Part shown: positions 1 through 6,836 of the stretch, piece after piece | Numbering within the stretch: position 1 is the first letter of the stretch | How the letters are laid out: each line of letters opens with the position of its first letter | DNA from: Fibrobacter succinogenes subsp. succinogenes S85 | GTDB lineage: Bacteria; Fibrobacterota; Fibrobacteria; Fibrobacterales; Fibrobacteraceae | Reading direction: 5' to 3' | Assembly: GCF_000146505.1 (NCBI RefSeq) | Contig: NC_017448.1 | Coordinates: forward strand, 2,550,001 to 2,582,000 | DNA: 32,000 nucleotides | The notes under the pieces: model-generated | Database searches by the model: none | Seen by the model: only the letters and a program-made list of their open reading frames with translations | What the model was told of the DNA's origin: nothing | Position numbers and translations under genes: made by a program

Positions 1-845
1 GGAAGCTTTACAAAGCGGTCATAGTAGTGCACATACATCTGCATTTGGCCCAAATCCTGATGCGTGAGTTCGCCAATCTTCAGATCCACCAACACAAAGC
101 ACTGCAGCAGCCTGTTATAAAGAACCAGGTCCACAAAAAAATGCTTTTCGTCCAGCGTAATCCGCGACTGCCGCCCCACGAAAGTATACCCCTTACCCAG
201 TTCAAGCAAAAAAGACTCCAACTTGTCGATGAGCTTGCTTTCCAGTTCGGTTTCCGAATATTCGGACTGTTCCGGCAGTCCCAAGAATTCCAAAATGTAG
301 GGATCCTTGACAATGTCCGCCGGGGACTCCACGATACACCCTTTTTTAGACAGTTCTCTCACCGATTCCTTATCCTTGCTTACAGCGAGCCGTTCATAAA
401 GCGCGGAATCGAACTGCCTTTTGAGTTCCCGCAGGCTCCAATTCGAGTTTTTCGCCTCAATTTCATAGAATTTCCGTTCGTCGGGATTATCAATACGCAT
501 CAGGAACAAGTAATGGGACCAGCTCAAGACGAATTGGTCAGACACTGTCTGACCAATTTGATAAGTCAGATAGAAATCCCGCATCTGCTTCAAGTTCGTC
601 GTAGAAAATCCCTTACCATAATTTGCAGTAAGTCTGGCAGAAAGATTTTTGAGGACTTCCTTTCCATATTCTGCGCGGATGTTACCCTTCTGCTCGTTTT
701 CGACAATCGAACGGCCAATTTCGTAATACGTGCGCACCATCGCCGTATTAACGGCAACAGCAACAGACTTACGGTTCTGTTCGAGAATCGACGCAATTTG
801 AGAATAAAGAGCGTCTTCCCTATGATTAGCCACTTTTTTAGTCAT
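1..845 (-). CDS. PD-(D/E)xK nuclease-domain protein, DUF1016/YhcG family; the C-terminus runs off the left edge of the window
   Basis: Absent from the ORF track because the frame is open to position 1. My own reverse translation starts at the ATG (complement of 843-845), with GGAGG 4 nt upstream. It gives MTKKVANHREDALYSQIASILEQNRKSVAVAVNTAMVRTYYEIGRSIVENEQKG...GKGYTFVGRQSRITLDEKHFFVDLVLYNRLLQCFVLVDLKIGELTHQDLGQMQMYV. This matches the DUF1016 helical N-terminal region plus the D...(V)DLK restriction-endonuclease-like core. The plus-strand ORF 27..1097 is its antisense shadow. Confidence 0.85.
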   Translation of the reverse strand, partial: MTKKVANHREDALYSQIASILEQNRKSVAVAVNTAMVRTYYEIGRSIVENEQKGNIRAEYGKEVLKNLSARLTANYGKGFSTTNLKQMRDFYLTYQIGQTVSDQFVLSWSHYLFLMRIDNPDERKFYEIEAKNSNWSLRELKRQFDSALYERLAVSKDKESVRELSKKGCIVESPADIVKDPYILEFLGLPEQSEYSETELESKLIDKLESFLLELGKGYTFVGRQSRITLDEKHFFVDLVLYNRLLQCFVLVDLKIGELTHQDLGQMQMYVHYYDRFVKL

Positions 846-1096
846 ATAGCCTCCGTTTGGTTGCAATTTGCGACGCCGCTTTCGCGGCTGGTTAGTGTTA
901 GAGGCGTCTCTTGTTTTCCGAAAATCCAGAATAAAAAAAGACGCATTTTCCCATTAGACGGAAAAACACGTCGGGCATTAATGTACCTAAATCCATCAAA
1001 ACTGGCAAGGGAAGCAAGAAAATTTTACATAACCACTGGGGTTATTCGTATTTCAATACTATTAACATCAAAGACCTTGTGGAAACTCTTGATTTG

Positions 1097-1121
1097 AACC
1101 TGTCGGAATTTCCGACAGGTT
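1097..1121. repeat. Perfect 11-bp inverted repeat (hairpin) between the hsdR stop and the DUF1016 gene; possible terminator or insulator
   Basis: aacctgtcgga (1097-1107) / att / tccgacaggtt (1111-1121). There is no clear U-run on either strand, so the terminator role is uncertain. Confidence 0.4.
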
Positions 1122-1253
1122 TGCCCGAATTTGTAATTTGCAAAAAATGCAAAATGGTATACTGAAGAGAAATAAAATCAAACAAGTTTGATTCTGCGCC
1201 GTTCGCCTTGCTTTTCCGCCTACATGCATAAAAAAGCGGGGCATTGACAAAAA

Positions 1254-3599
1254 TTACGCTACGTACAACGTCTTCTGGAAATCGGTGAAGAGTTTCTTCA
1301 AATCCTTGCCGGTCACGCCCATTTTATCGCAGGCATCTTTGATGGTGCCATATTTGAGTTTGACAAGCTCGGGCAACTGATTCAGCGATAGTTCATCGAC
1401 TCCGTTTTCCACATACTGCTGCAAGACAAATTCCATGAAGGGAACTTGTTTCTCGGAGATTTCGTTCAGGATTTCTTCGTGCATCAGGCGGACTCTTTCG
1501 GCGCGTTCCATGGGGCTTTTGTTGTAGGCGATGAGTTCCAATACATCGAGCAGGTCGCATTTTTCGTTTTGCGTCAGCGCTTGCACTTGGCGAAGCCTTT
1601 CTTTGCTGAATCCGTTGTCGCTCAAGTTCTGGAGCAGGGCTTCGCGGGTCGTGGGGTCAGACCAACGGGCACGCAAATCCTGGCTGTCCTTAAAGAACTC
1701 AGGAATCTTGCCGAAGAGAATTTTGATAAACTGTTCGAGCGTTATGAGTTCGCCATCGAACATGAACTTTTCTTGCCACTGAGCCTGCAAACGGAGCACG
1801 TGGTTTGCGGAAAGTTTAATTTCGATGCATCTTTTTTCTTTCGTTTTGGCGTCGCATGTGCACGGGAGATTGCCACAGATTTTACAGGGTCTCGGTTTGC
1901 GTGGTCCGCCGCTAGAGCCTTTGTCATCATCGGGATCCCCACCGTTGGGCGGTTCCGGCGTATCTATAATTGGCTCGCCATCCCACTCAGGGTCACTAAA
2001 GTTCTTGCTTGCGCCCACGAAGTCGTAAATGGTGAAGAAATACTTTCCGTCGAAAAGTCTCGTGCCGCGACCGATAATCTGCTTGAATTCGATGATGTTG
2101 TTCACAGGACGCATCAGTACGATGTTGCGGACATTCTTGGCATCAACACCTGTTGAGAGTTTTTGCGATGTCGTGAGAATCGTGGGTAACAGTTTTTCAT
2201 TGTCTTGGAAAGTCTTCAAATCGGCTTCGCCCTTGTCGCCATCGTCACTGGTGACTCGCTTACAATAATTCACGTTGGGCTTGCGAGAATGCTGATTGAT
2301 GAGGTCTCGCAGAATGGCCGCGTGGGCCTGCGTCGCACCGAACACAATCGTTTTTTCGTCGGGGTCAATCTGTTTCAGGAATTCTTCTACCCTAAACTCA
2401 TCGCGTTCGCGAATCTTGATATTGCCGTGATAAAAATCCGTTTCCGTATAAATTTTATTCGGGTCAATTTCGCCGCTTTCTACATCGTCTTCGGGATCGT
2501 AGATGTAGTTGTCAATATTGCTAGAAGAAATCCGGACGCGGTAGGGTGTCAAGAAGCCGTCTTCGATTCCCTGTTTCAGCGAATACACATAGACAGGCTT
2601 TCCGAAATACTCGTAGGTGTTGGCATTTTCATTTTTCTTGGGTGTCGCGGTCAGGCCCAAGTGATACGCCCGTTGGAAATAATCAAGAATATCACGCCAG
2701 CGGCTTTCGTCGTTAGCGGCACCGCGATGGCATTCGTCAATGATGACAAGGTCAAAGAAATCTTCGGGATAATTTTCATAAACGAATTTTCCATTCAACG
2801 AGGTCATCATCGTCTGGAAAATGCTGAAATAGATGCTCGGGCCCTTGGGCACGCCTTTTGATTTGGCGATGGATTCCGGCGTAATGCGGCACATGGCATT
2901 TTCGTCAAATTGTCCGAAATCATTGAGAGCCTGATTCGAGAGGATATTGCGGTCGGCAAGGAACAAGATGCGCGGCAAGCGTTCCGTTCCATCGACATTC
3001 CAATGCGCCTTGAAAATTTTCCAGCAGATTTGGAAAGCGATGTAGGTTTTGCCCGTTCCCGTTGCAAGCGTGAGCAAGACGCGGTCCTGCTTTCGGGAGA
3101 TAGCATCCATGACGTTATTGACAGCGATTTCCTGATAGTAGCGGGGAGACTTGCCGCCATCCCTGTTGAACGGAACTGCATTCAGCTTGTCGCGGAGCGG
3201 ATTGTTTTCAGGATAAAGTCGTTCCCAGAGTTCCTGCGGTGTCGGGAAGGCATCAACAAAGCCTTCTTCACCCGTCTGCATGTCGATTGCCCAGATTTTA
3301 TCGCCGTTGCAGGAATACGTGAAGCGGATGTTCATGCGTTCCGCATATTCCTTGGCTTGCGGCACACCCTCGCTTACATCAAGTTCGTCCTTTTTCGCCT
3401 CGACGATGGCAATCTTGATGCCCTTGTAAACCAGAAGGTAGTCAATTTTCTTGGGGTTGCGTTCGGCATGACCGATACGACCCGGAGCAATCTCGTAAGC
3501 GGACTGCTCCGTATAAATGGCGCTGTCTGGTGTCACTTCCCACAAGGCTTCTTTCAGCTTGGGGTCAATCTTCTTTCTTCTGGTATCGGACTCGTTCAT
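1254..3599 (-). CDS. hsdR: Type I restriction enzyme R subunit (HsdR, EcoEI-like short form, 781 aa)
   Basis: The N-terminal nuclease region starts MNESDTRRKKIDP...IVEAKK. Helicase motif I is LATGTGKT, motif II is IIDECHRGA, followed by LGLTATP. The C-terminal EcoEI_R_C-like tail reads LIAYNKSPMERAERV...FVLQQYVENG. ATG start; the hsdS stop lies 3 nt upstream. Confidence 0.95.
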   Translation of the reverse strand: MNESDTRRKKIDPKLKEALWEVTPDSAIYTEQSAYEIAPGRIGHAERNPKKIDYLLVYKGIKIAIVEAKKDELDVSEGVPQAKEYAERMNIRFTYSCNGDKIWAIDMQTGEEGFVDAFPTPQELWERLYPENNPLRDKLNAVPFNRDGGKSPRYYQEIAVNNVMDAISRKQDRVLLTLATGTGKTYIAFQICWKIFKAHWNVDGTERLPRILFLADRNILSNQALNDFGQFDENAMCRITPESIAKSKGVPKGPSIYFSIFQTMMTSLNGKFVYENYPEDFFDLVIIDECHRGAANDESRWRDILDYFQRAYHLGLTATPKKNENANTYEYFGKPVYVYSLKQGIEDGFLTPYRVRISSSNIDNYIYDPEDDVESGEIDPNKIYTETDFYHGNIKIRERDEFRVEEFLKQIDPDEKTIVFGATQAHAAILRDLINQHSRKPNVNYCKRVTSDDGDKGEADLKTFQDNEKLLPTILTTSQKLSTGVDAKNVRNIVLMRPVNNIIEFKQIIGRGTRLFDGKYFFTIYDFVGASKNFSDPEWDGEPIIDTPEPPNGGDPDDDKGSSGGPRKPRPCKICGNLPCTCDAKTKEKRCIEIKLSANHVLRLQAQWQEKFMFDGELITLEQFIKILFGKIPEFFKDSQDLRARWSDPTTREALLQNLSDNGFSKERLRQVQALTQNEKCDLLDVLELIAYNKSPMERAERVRLMHEEILNEISEKQVPFMEFVLQQYVENGVDELSLNQLPELVKLKYGTIKDACDKMGVTGKDLKKLFTDFQKTLYVA

Positions 3600-3602
3600 A
3601 AC

Positions 3603-4754
3603 TTAGGATTCCCCCTCGAAAGTTTTCTTCAGAATCGATTTTTTGAGTTCGTCGCAGTTGGCGATGATTTGCTTGTAGTTTACTTCGAGACGCTTGACGT
3701 TCTCGGAGAGTTTGTCTAGACGAGCGACAATTTCTTTCTGGACGGAAAGGGGCGGGAGGGGGATTTGGAAAGATTCAACATATTCTTTTGACAATCTTTT
3801 TAATCCACAGGCTCCAAGCATCTGTTTTTTTCCTCCTGAAATAAACCTTGATGACATTAGAACATAAAACAAGTATGAATTAATCATTGATTTTGTCGTT
3901 CGGAATACAATATATTCACTTGATCCAAAACCTACACCATTCAGTAAATTAGACGCAATACCCATTTTCCCATTTTCAAAGCATGGAGTCACTTTTGCCA
4001 ACAAGACATCTCCCTCAGCAAAAAAAGTATATGACCCATGAACTTCTGATAATGCCCTGCTTTTATGAGGAATGGTGTTTCGTTCTCTTATATTTAAGTC
4101 TTCCATTGGAAGGAAAGAAACTTCATCTGTCCCTTTTAGATGGCTCAGAGCTTCATTTTTTGAAGGACGAAGAATACACAATTCTCTTAGAGTTTTCCAT
4201 TCCCAGCCGGAGGGCAATGTGCCATTTTTACCGGGATTCAGTTCTTTTTCAAGAGTTGATTCGAATAGTTCCTTGGCGTTTTTGAGATTGGTTTCGGCGT
4301 TTGTTTTGAGCGTTTCTATTTTTGAGAATTCTTCGTCAAGGAATTTGACTATGCTCTTTTGCTCCGAAAGAGGAGGAACAAGTATTTCAGTTTCTCCATA
4401 ATCTTTAAAATAGATATGAGGAATAGCCGCACCCTGAATACTCTTAGAAAAATCAATATTTTGGAGAGCGTAATTTATAAACTTGATGTCATTCCCTTCT
4501 TTGGGGAGAATATACTGAAGCGTTCCAATAACAGATGAAAATGCTGGTAGAAGCATTGTTCGACCGACACCTGAACCATCTTTAATAATTCCTATGTAAT
4601 CCCGATTTCTTTGATAGAAGTCAACATTTTGTATATACCCACTTGCACCGAAAATAGGATAATCACCAGTCAAATCTTTCAAATCAGACTGCTTAATATT
4701 TGATGAACCCTTTTCACAAATATCCTTCAGTTTCTTCCATTCCCATTTGCTCAT
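3603..4754 (-). CDS. hsdS: Type I restriction-modification specificity subunit (HsdS, two target-recognition domains)
   Basis: Each half opens with W-E-W-K-x-L (MSKWEWKKLKDI / PSGWEWKTLREL). Each half ends in a conserved coiled region (LPPLSEQKSIVKFLDEEFSKIETL / LPPLSVQKEIVARLDKLSENVKRL). It sits between hsdM and hsdR. Confidence 0.95.
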   Translation of the reverse strand: MSKWEWKKLKDICEKGSSNIKQSDLKDLTGDYPIFGASGYIQNVDFYQRNRDYIGIIKDGSGVGRTMLLPAFSSVIGTLQYILPKEGNDIKFINYALQNIDFSKSIQGAAIPHIYFKDYGETEILVPPLSEQKSIVKFLDEEFSKIETLKTNAETNLKNAKELFESTLEKELNPGKNGTLPSGWEWKTLRELCILRPSKNEALSHLKGTDEVSFLPMEDLNIRERNTIPHKSRALSEVHGSYTFFAEGDVLLAKVTPCFENGKMGIASNLLNGVGFGSSEYIVFRTTKSMINSYLFYVLMSSRFISGGKKQMLGACGLKRLSKEYVESFQIPLPPLSVQKEIVARLDKLSENVKRLEVNYKQIIANCDELKKSILKKTFEGES

Positions 4755-4793
4755 AACATTCTCCGGTTGCCTAGACCCATTCGACTTTGTTTA

Positions 4794-4823
4794 TCCCGGA
4801 CTTGTTCCGGGACTCAGGGTGAC
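4794..4823 (-). repeat. REP-like palindromic element (GTCACCC...CCCGGAACAAGTCCGGGA type)
   Basis: The minus strand reads GTCACCCTGAGTCCCGGAACAAGTCCGGGA. Perfect 7-bp stem tcccgga (4794-4800) / tccggga (4806-4812). A near-identical core recurs at 18464-18491. Confidence 0.7.
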
Positions 4824-4840
4824 ACTTTGTTTAACGCTTT

Positions 4841-4868
4841 GGATTCTATCGCTACGCTCCAGAATGAC
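4841..4868 (-). repeat. REP-like palindromic element (GTCATTCTGGAGCGTAGCGATAGAATCC type)
   Basis: The minus strand reads GTCATTCTGGAGCGTAGCGATAGAATCC. The arms attct/agaat flank a GAGCG.AGCGAT core shared with the copies at 6684-6717 and 6809-6836. Confidence 0.7.
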
Positions 4869-4875
4869 AAAGTTC

Positions 4876-6321
4876 TCATATCGACAATTTGGCGAGGATT
4901 TTCCTATTCTCTTCGTCTAAGCTCTGCATTTCCTTGATGATGGTTTTGGCGTCGCGGAGTTCGACTTCGGTTTTCTTGTTGGGATTTTTCACCGAGAGGT
5001 CGTATGTTTCGGGGTTCAAATCCTTGACGTTTATGGTCCACGATTTTTCGCTATCGGTCTTTTTCTTCTGCAACTTCACGAATTCCGCAAGGTCATCTTC
5101 GGTGAGCGGGTTCGTCTTGCCCAGATTGCGGCCAAAGTCCGGCTGGTAGTACCAGATTTTTTCGGTGGGGCGACCTTTCTCGAAGAAGAGCACGACGGTC
5201 TTTACGCCTGCACCCGTAAACACGCCGCTCGGCAAATCGAGAATCGTGTGCAGGTCGCAGTTTTCCAGGAGTTCCTTGCGCAACATGACCGAAGCGTTGT
5301 CGGTGTTCGAAAGGAATGTGTTCTTGATGACGATGCCCGCGCGGCCGCCCGCCTTGAGCAACTTGACAAAATACTGCATAAAGAGGTAGGCAGTTTCGCT
5401 TGTCTTGATGGGGAAATTCTGCTGGACCTCGGCGCGTTCCTTGCCACCGAAGGGCGGGTTCGCGATAATGACGTCCTTACGCATTTTCTGTTCCACGTTC
5501 GCCATGTTTTCGGACAAGGTATTCGTGTGCAAAATGTTCGGGGCGTTCACGCCGTGCAAAATCATGTTCATGATGCCGATGATGTAGGCAAGGCCTTTTT
5601 TCTCTTGTCCGTAGAAGGTTTTCTTCTGCAAAGTTTCCCTGTCGGCAACGCTCTTGACTTTCTGCTTCATGTAGGCGTAGGCTTCGCAAAGGAACCCAGC
5701 ACTTCCGCAAGCCGGGTCTAGCACGGTCTCGCCGATTTTCGGGTCGATGATGCGGACGATGGTGCGGATAAGCGGACGCGGCGTGTAGTATTCGCCGCCG
5801 TTACGGCCTGCGTTGCCCATCCTGCGGATTTTGTCTTCGTACAGGTGGCTCATCTCGTGCTTATCTTCGCTGCTCTGGAAACTCAGCGCGTCGGCATACC
5901 ACAGGATTTCGCGGAGGTTGTAGCCGCTAGTAATCTTGTTGCGGAGTTCACCGAAGATTTCGCCAATCTTGTACTCCAGCGATTGCGGCGTGGTGGCGGT
6001 TTCCTTAAACTTTTTGAGGTAAGGGAACAGCTTGTTGTTCACGAAGTCCGTGAGGTCGTCGCCGGTGAGCGCCTTGGCGTGGTCAGGTTCGCCGTTCTTG
6101 GTCTTCGGGGCGGCCCAGGTGTTCCAGCGGAACTTCTTATCGATAATCCGTTCGTAGGTCTCGCCCTTGAGTTCGGCTTCTTCTTCGCGCTCGGCTTCGA
6201 GGTTGTCCAGATACTTGAGGAACAGGACCCATGAGGTCTGCTCCACGTAATCCAGTTCGTTGCTGCAACCACCCTCTTTCCAGAGAATGTCATCGATATT
6301 GTTAAAAGTCTGCTCAAACAT
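4876..6321 (-). CDS. hsdM: Type I restriction-modification N6-adenine DNA methyltransferase subunit (HsdM)
   Basis: HsdM_N-like N-terminus (IDDILWKEGGCSNELDYVEQTSWVLFLKYLD). AdoMet motif VLDPACGSAGFL. Catalytic motif IV IANPPFGG. 481 aa with an ATG start. Confidence 0.95.
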   Translation of the reverse strand: MFEQTFNNIDDILWKEGGCSNELDYVEQTSWVLFLKYLDNLEAEREEEAELKGETYERIIDKKFRWNTWAAPKTKNGEPDHAKALTGDDLTDFVNNKLFPYLKKFKETATTPQSLEYKIGEIFGELRNKITSGYNLREILWYADALSFQSSEDKHEMSHLYEDKIRRMGNAGRNGGEYYTPRPLIRTIVRIIDPKIGETVLDPACGSAGFLCEAYAYMKQKVKSVADRETLQKKTFYGQEKKGLAYIIGIMNMILHGVNAPNILHTNTLSENMANVEQKMRKDVIIANPPFGGKERAEVQQNFPIKTSETAYLFMQYFVKLLKAGGRAGIVIKNTFLSNTDNASVMLRKELLENCDLHTILDLPSGVFTGAGVKTVVLFFEKGRPTEKIWYYQPDFGRNLGKTNPLTEDDLAEFVKLQKKKTDSEKSWTINVKDLNPETYDLSVKNPNKKTEVELRDAKTIIKEMQSLDEENRKILAKLSI

Positions 6322-6369
6322 AAGGGCCTCATTTGCTAGCCCTTATACTGGTGCATTGAATCCACAAAA

Positions 6370-6506
6370 AAGGCGTGGTATCGAATGCACCCACCGCCTT
6401 GAGGTAACGACCAAGAAACCTATCCAACGTAAGCACAAACGACCCACGCACAGGGTGCGTGAGTGTCTGCCCATTCTCGTTGGATTTGAAAATTTTGGTC
6501 GTTTTT
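6370..6506. other. Nested inverted-repeat structure; candidate structured RNA or hsdM 5' leader element
   Basis: Hairpin aaggcgtgg (6370-6378) / ccaccgcctt (6391-6400). Outer stem aacgaccaa (6406-6414) / ttggtcgtt (6495-6503). Inner stem atccaacg (6422-6429) / cgttggat (6478-6485). Apical hairpin cacgcac (6445-6451) / gtgcgtg (6455-6461). A T-run follows at 6502-6506 on the plus strand. Confidence 0.3.
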
Positions 6507-6605
6507 CAAGGCGAGAATAAGAGCAATAACTCAAATTTCCATGCGCCCCAAACCGCAAGGAATGGGGCTATGTCAGTGGGAAATATATGTAAATATGCGA
6601 GAGAT

Positions 6606-6640
6606 GGATTGCCACGGGTTCTACGAACCCTCGCAATGAC
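6606..6640 (-). repeat. REP-like palindromic element (GTCATTGCGAGG... type)
   Basis: The minus strand reads GTCATTGCGAGGGTTCGTAGAACCCGTGGCAATCC. Outer arms attgc/gcaat, inner arms gggttc/gaaccc. A truncated GTCATTCCGGG copy abuts it at 6651-6661. Confidence 0.65.
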
Positions 6641-6683
6641 GTGTATCAAGCCCGGAATGACGCAAGGAAAGTCGATGCAGAGT

Positions 6684-6717
6684 GGATCCTATCGCCGCAT
6701 TGCGGCTCCAGGATGAC
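6684..6717 (-). repeat. REP-like palindromic element (GTCATCCTGGAGC...GCGATAGGATCC type)
   Basis: The minus strand reads GTCATCCTGGAGCCGCAATGCGGCGATAGGATCC. Arms atcct/aggat, inner arms gccgca/tgcggc. Confidence 0.7.
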
Positions 6718-6732
6718 TGGAACATGACATTA

Positions 6733-6747
6733 GGGCGGGTGGGCGGG
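6733..6747 (+). other. Canonical G-quadruplex motif GGGCGGGTGGGCGGG (four G3 tracts, 1-nt loops)
   Basis: Read directly at 6733-6747. Further G4/G5 runs lie at 6754-6757, 6765-6768 and 6786-6790. A GC-rich hairpin spans 6762-6783. Confidence 0.6.
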
Positions 6748-6808
6748 ACAAGCCGGGGCGTTGCGGGGCGGCGAGCGCCCGCAGAGGGGGTGCTGGAAGA
6801 CTTGCCCT

Positions 6809-6836
6809 AGACCCTATCGCTGCGCTCTAGGGTGAC
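6809..6836 (-). repeat. REP-like palindromic element (GTCACCCTAGAGCGCAGCGATAGGGTCT type)
   Basis: The minus strand reads GTCACCCTAGAGCGCAGCGATAGGGTCT. Arms accctat/ctagggt-like. Same core as 4841-4868 and 6684-6717. Confidence 0.7.

Noticed and set aside
27-1097. A 356-aa plus-strand ORF, the longest track entry at the left edge
   Set aside because: Its sequence has no recognisable motifs and a Leu/Arg/Phe/Ile-heavy, shadow-ORF-like composition. The opposite strand encodes an unmistakable DUF1016/YhcG protein with a GGAGG RBS. The plus ORF is therefore its antisense shadow.
1131-1163. Extended -10-like TGgTATACT (1155-1163) with the palindrome tttgca/tgcaaa on the plus strand, which would drive antisense transcription into hsdR
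   Set aside because: There is no acceptable -35 at 17±1 bp and no plus-strand gene downstream. This is AT-rich intergenic sequence where such matches are frequent. I noted it only as a possible antisense promoter that I cannot support.
3824-4026. Homopolymer tracts inside hsdS (T7 at 3824-3830, A7 at 4020-4026) as possible phase-variation switches
   Set aside because: Seven nucleotides is short for slipped-strand switching and expected by chance in such AT-rich DNA. There is no second hsdS copy, inverted hsdS fragment or recombinase in the window to suggest a shufflon.
6343-6716. Small ORFs in the hsdM-LysR intergenic region (71 aa minus, 85-86 aa plus)
   Set aside because: They have no RBS and compositions typical of random frames. 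They run through the REP-like palindromes and inverted repeats, so the region is better explained as non-coding repeat or structured DNA.
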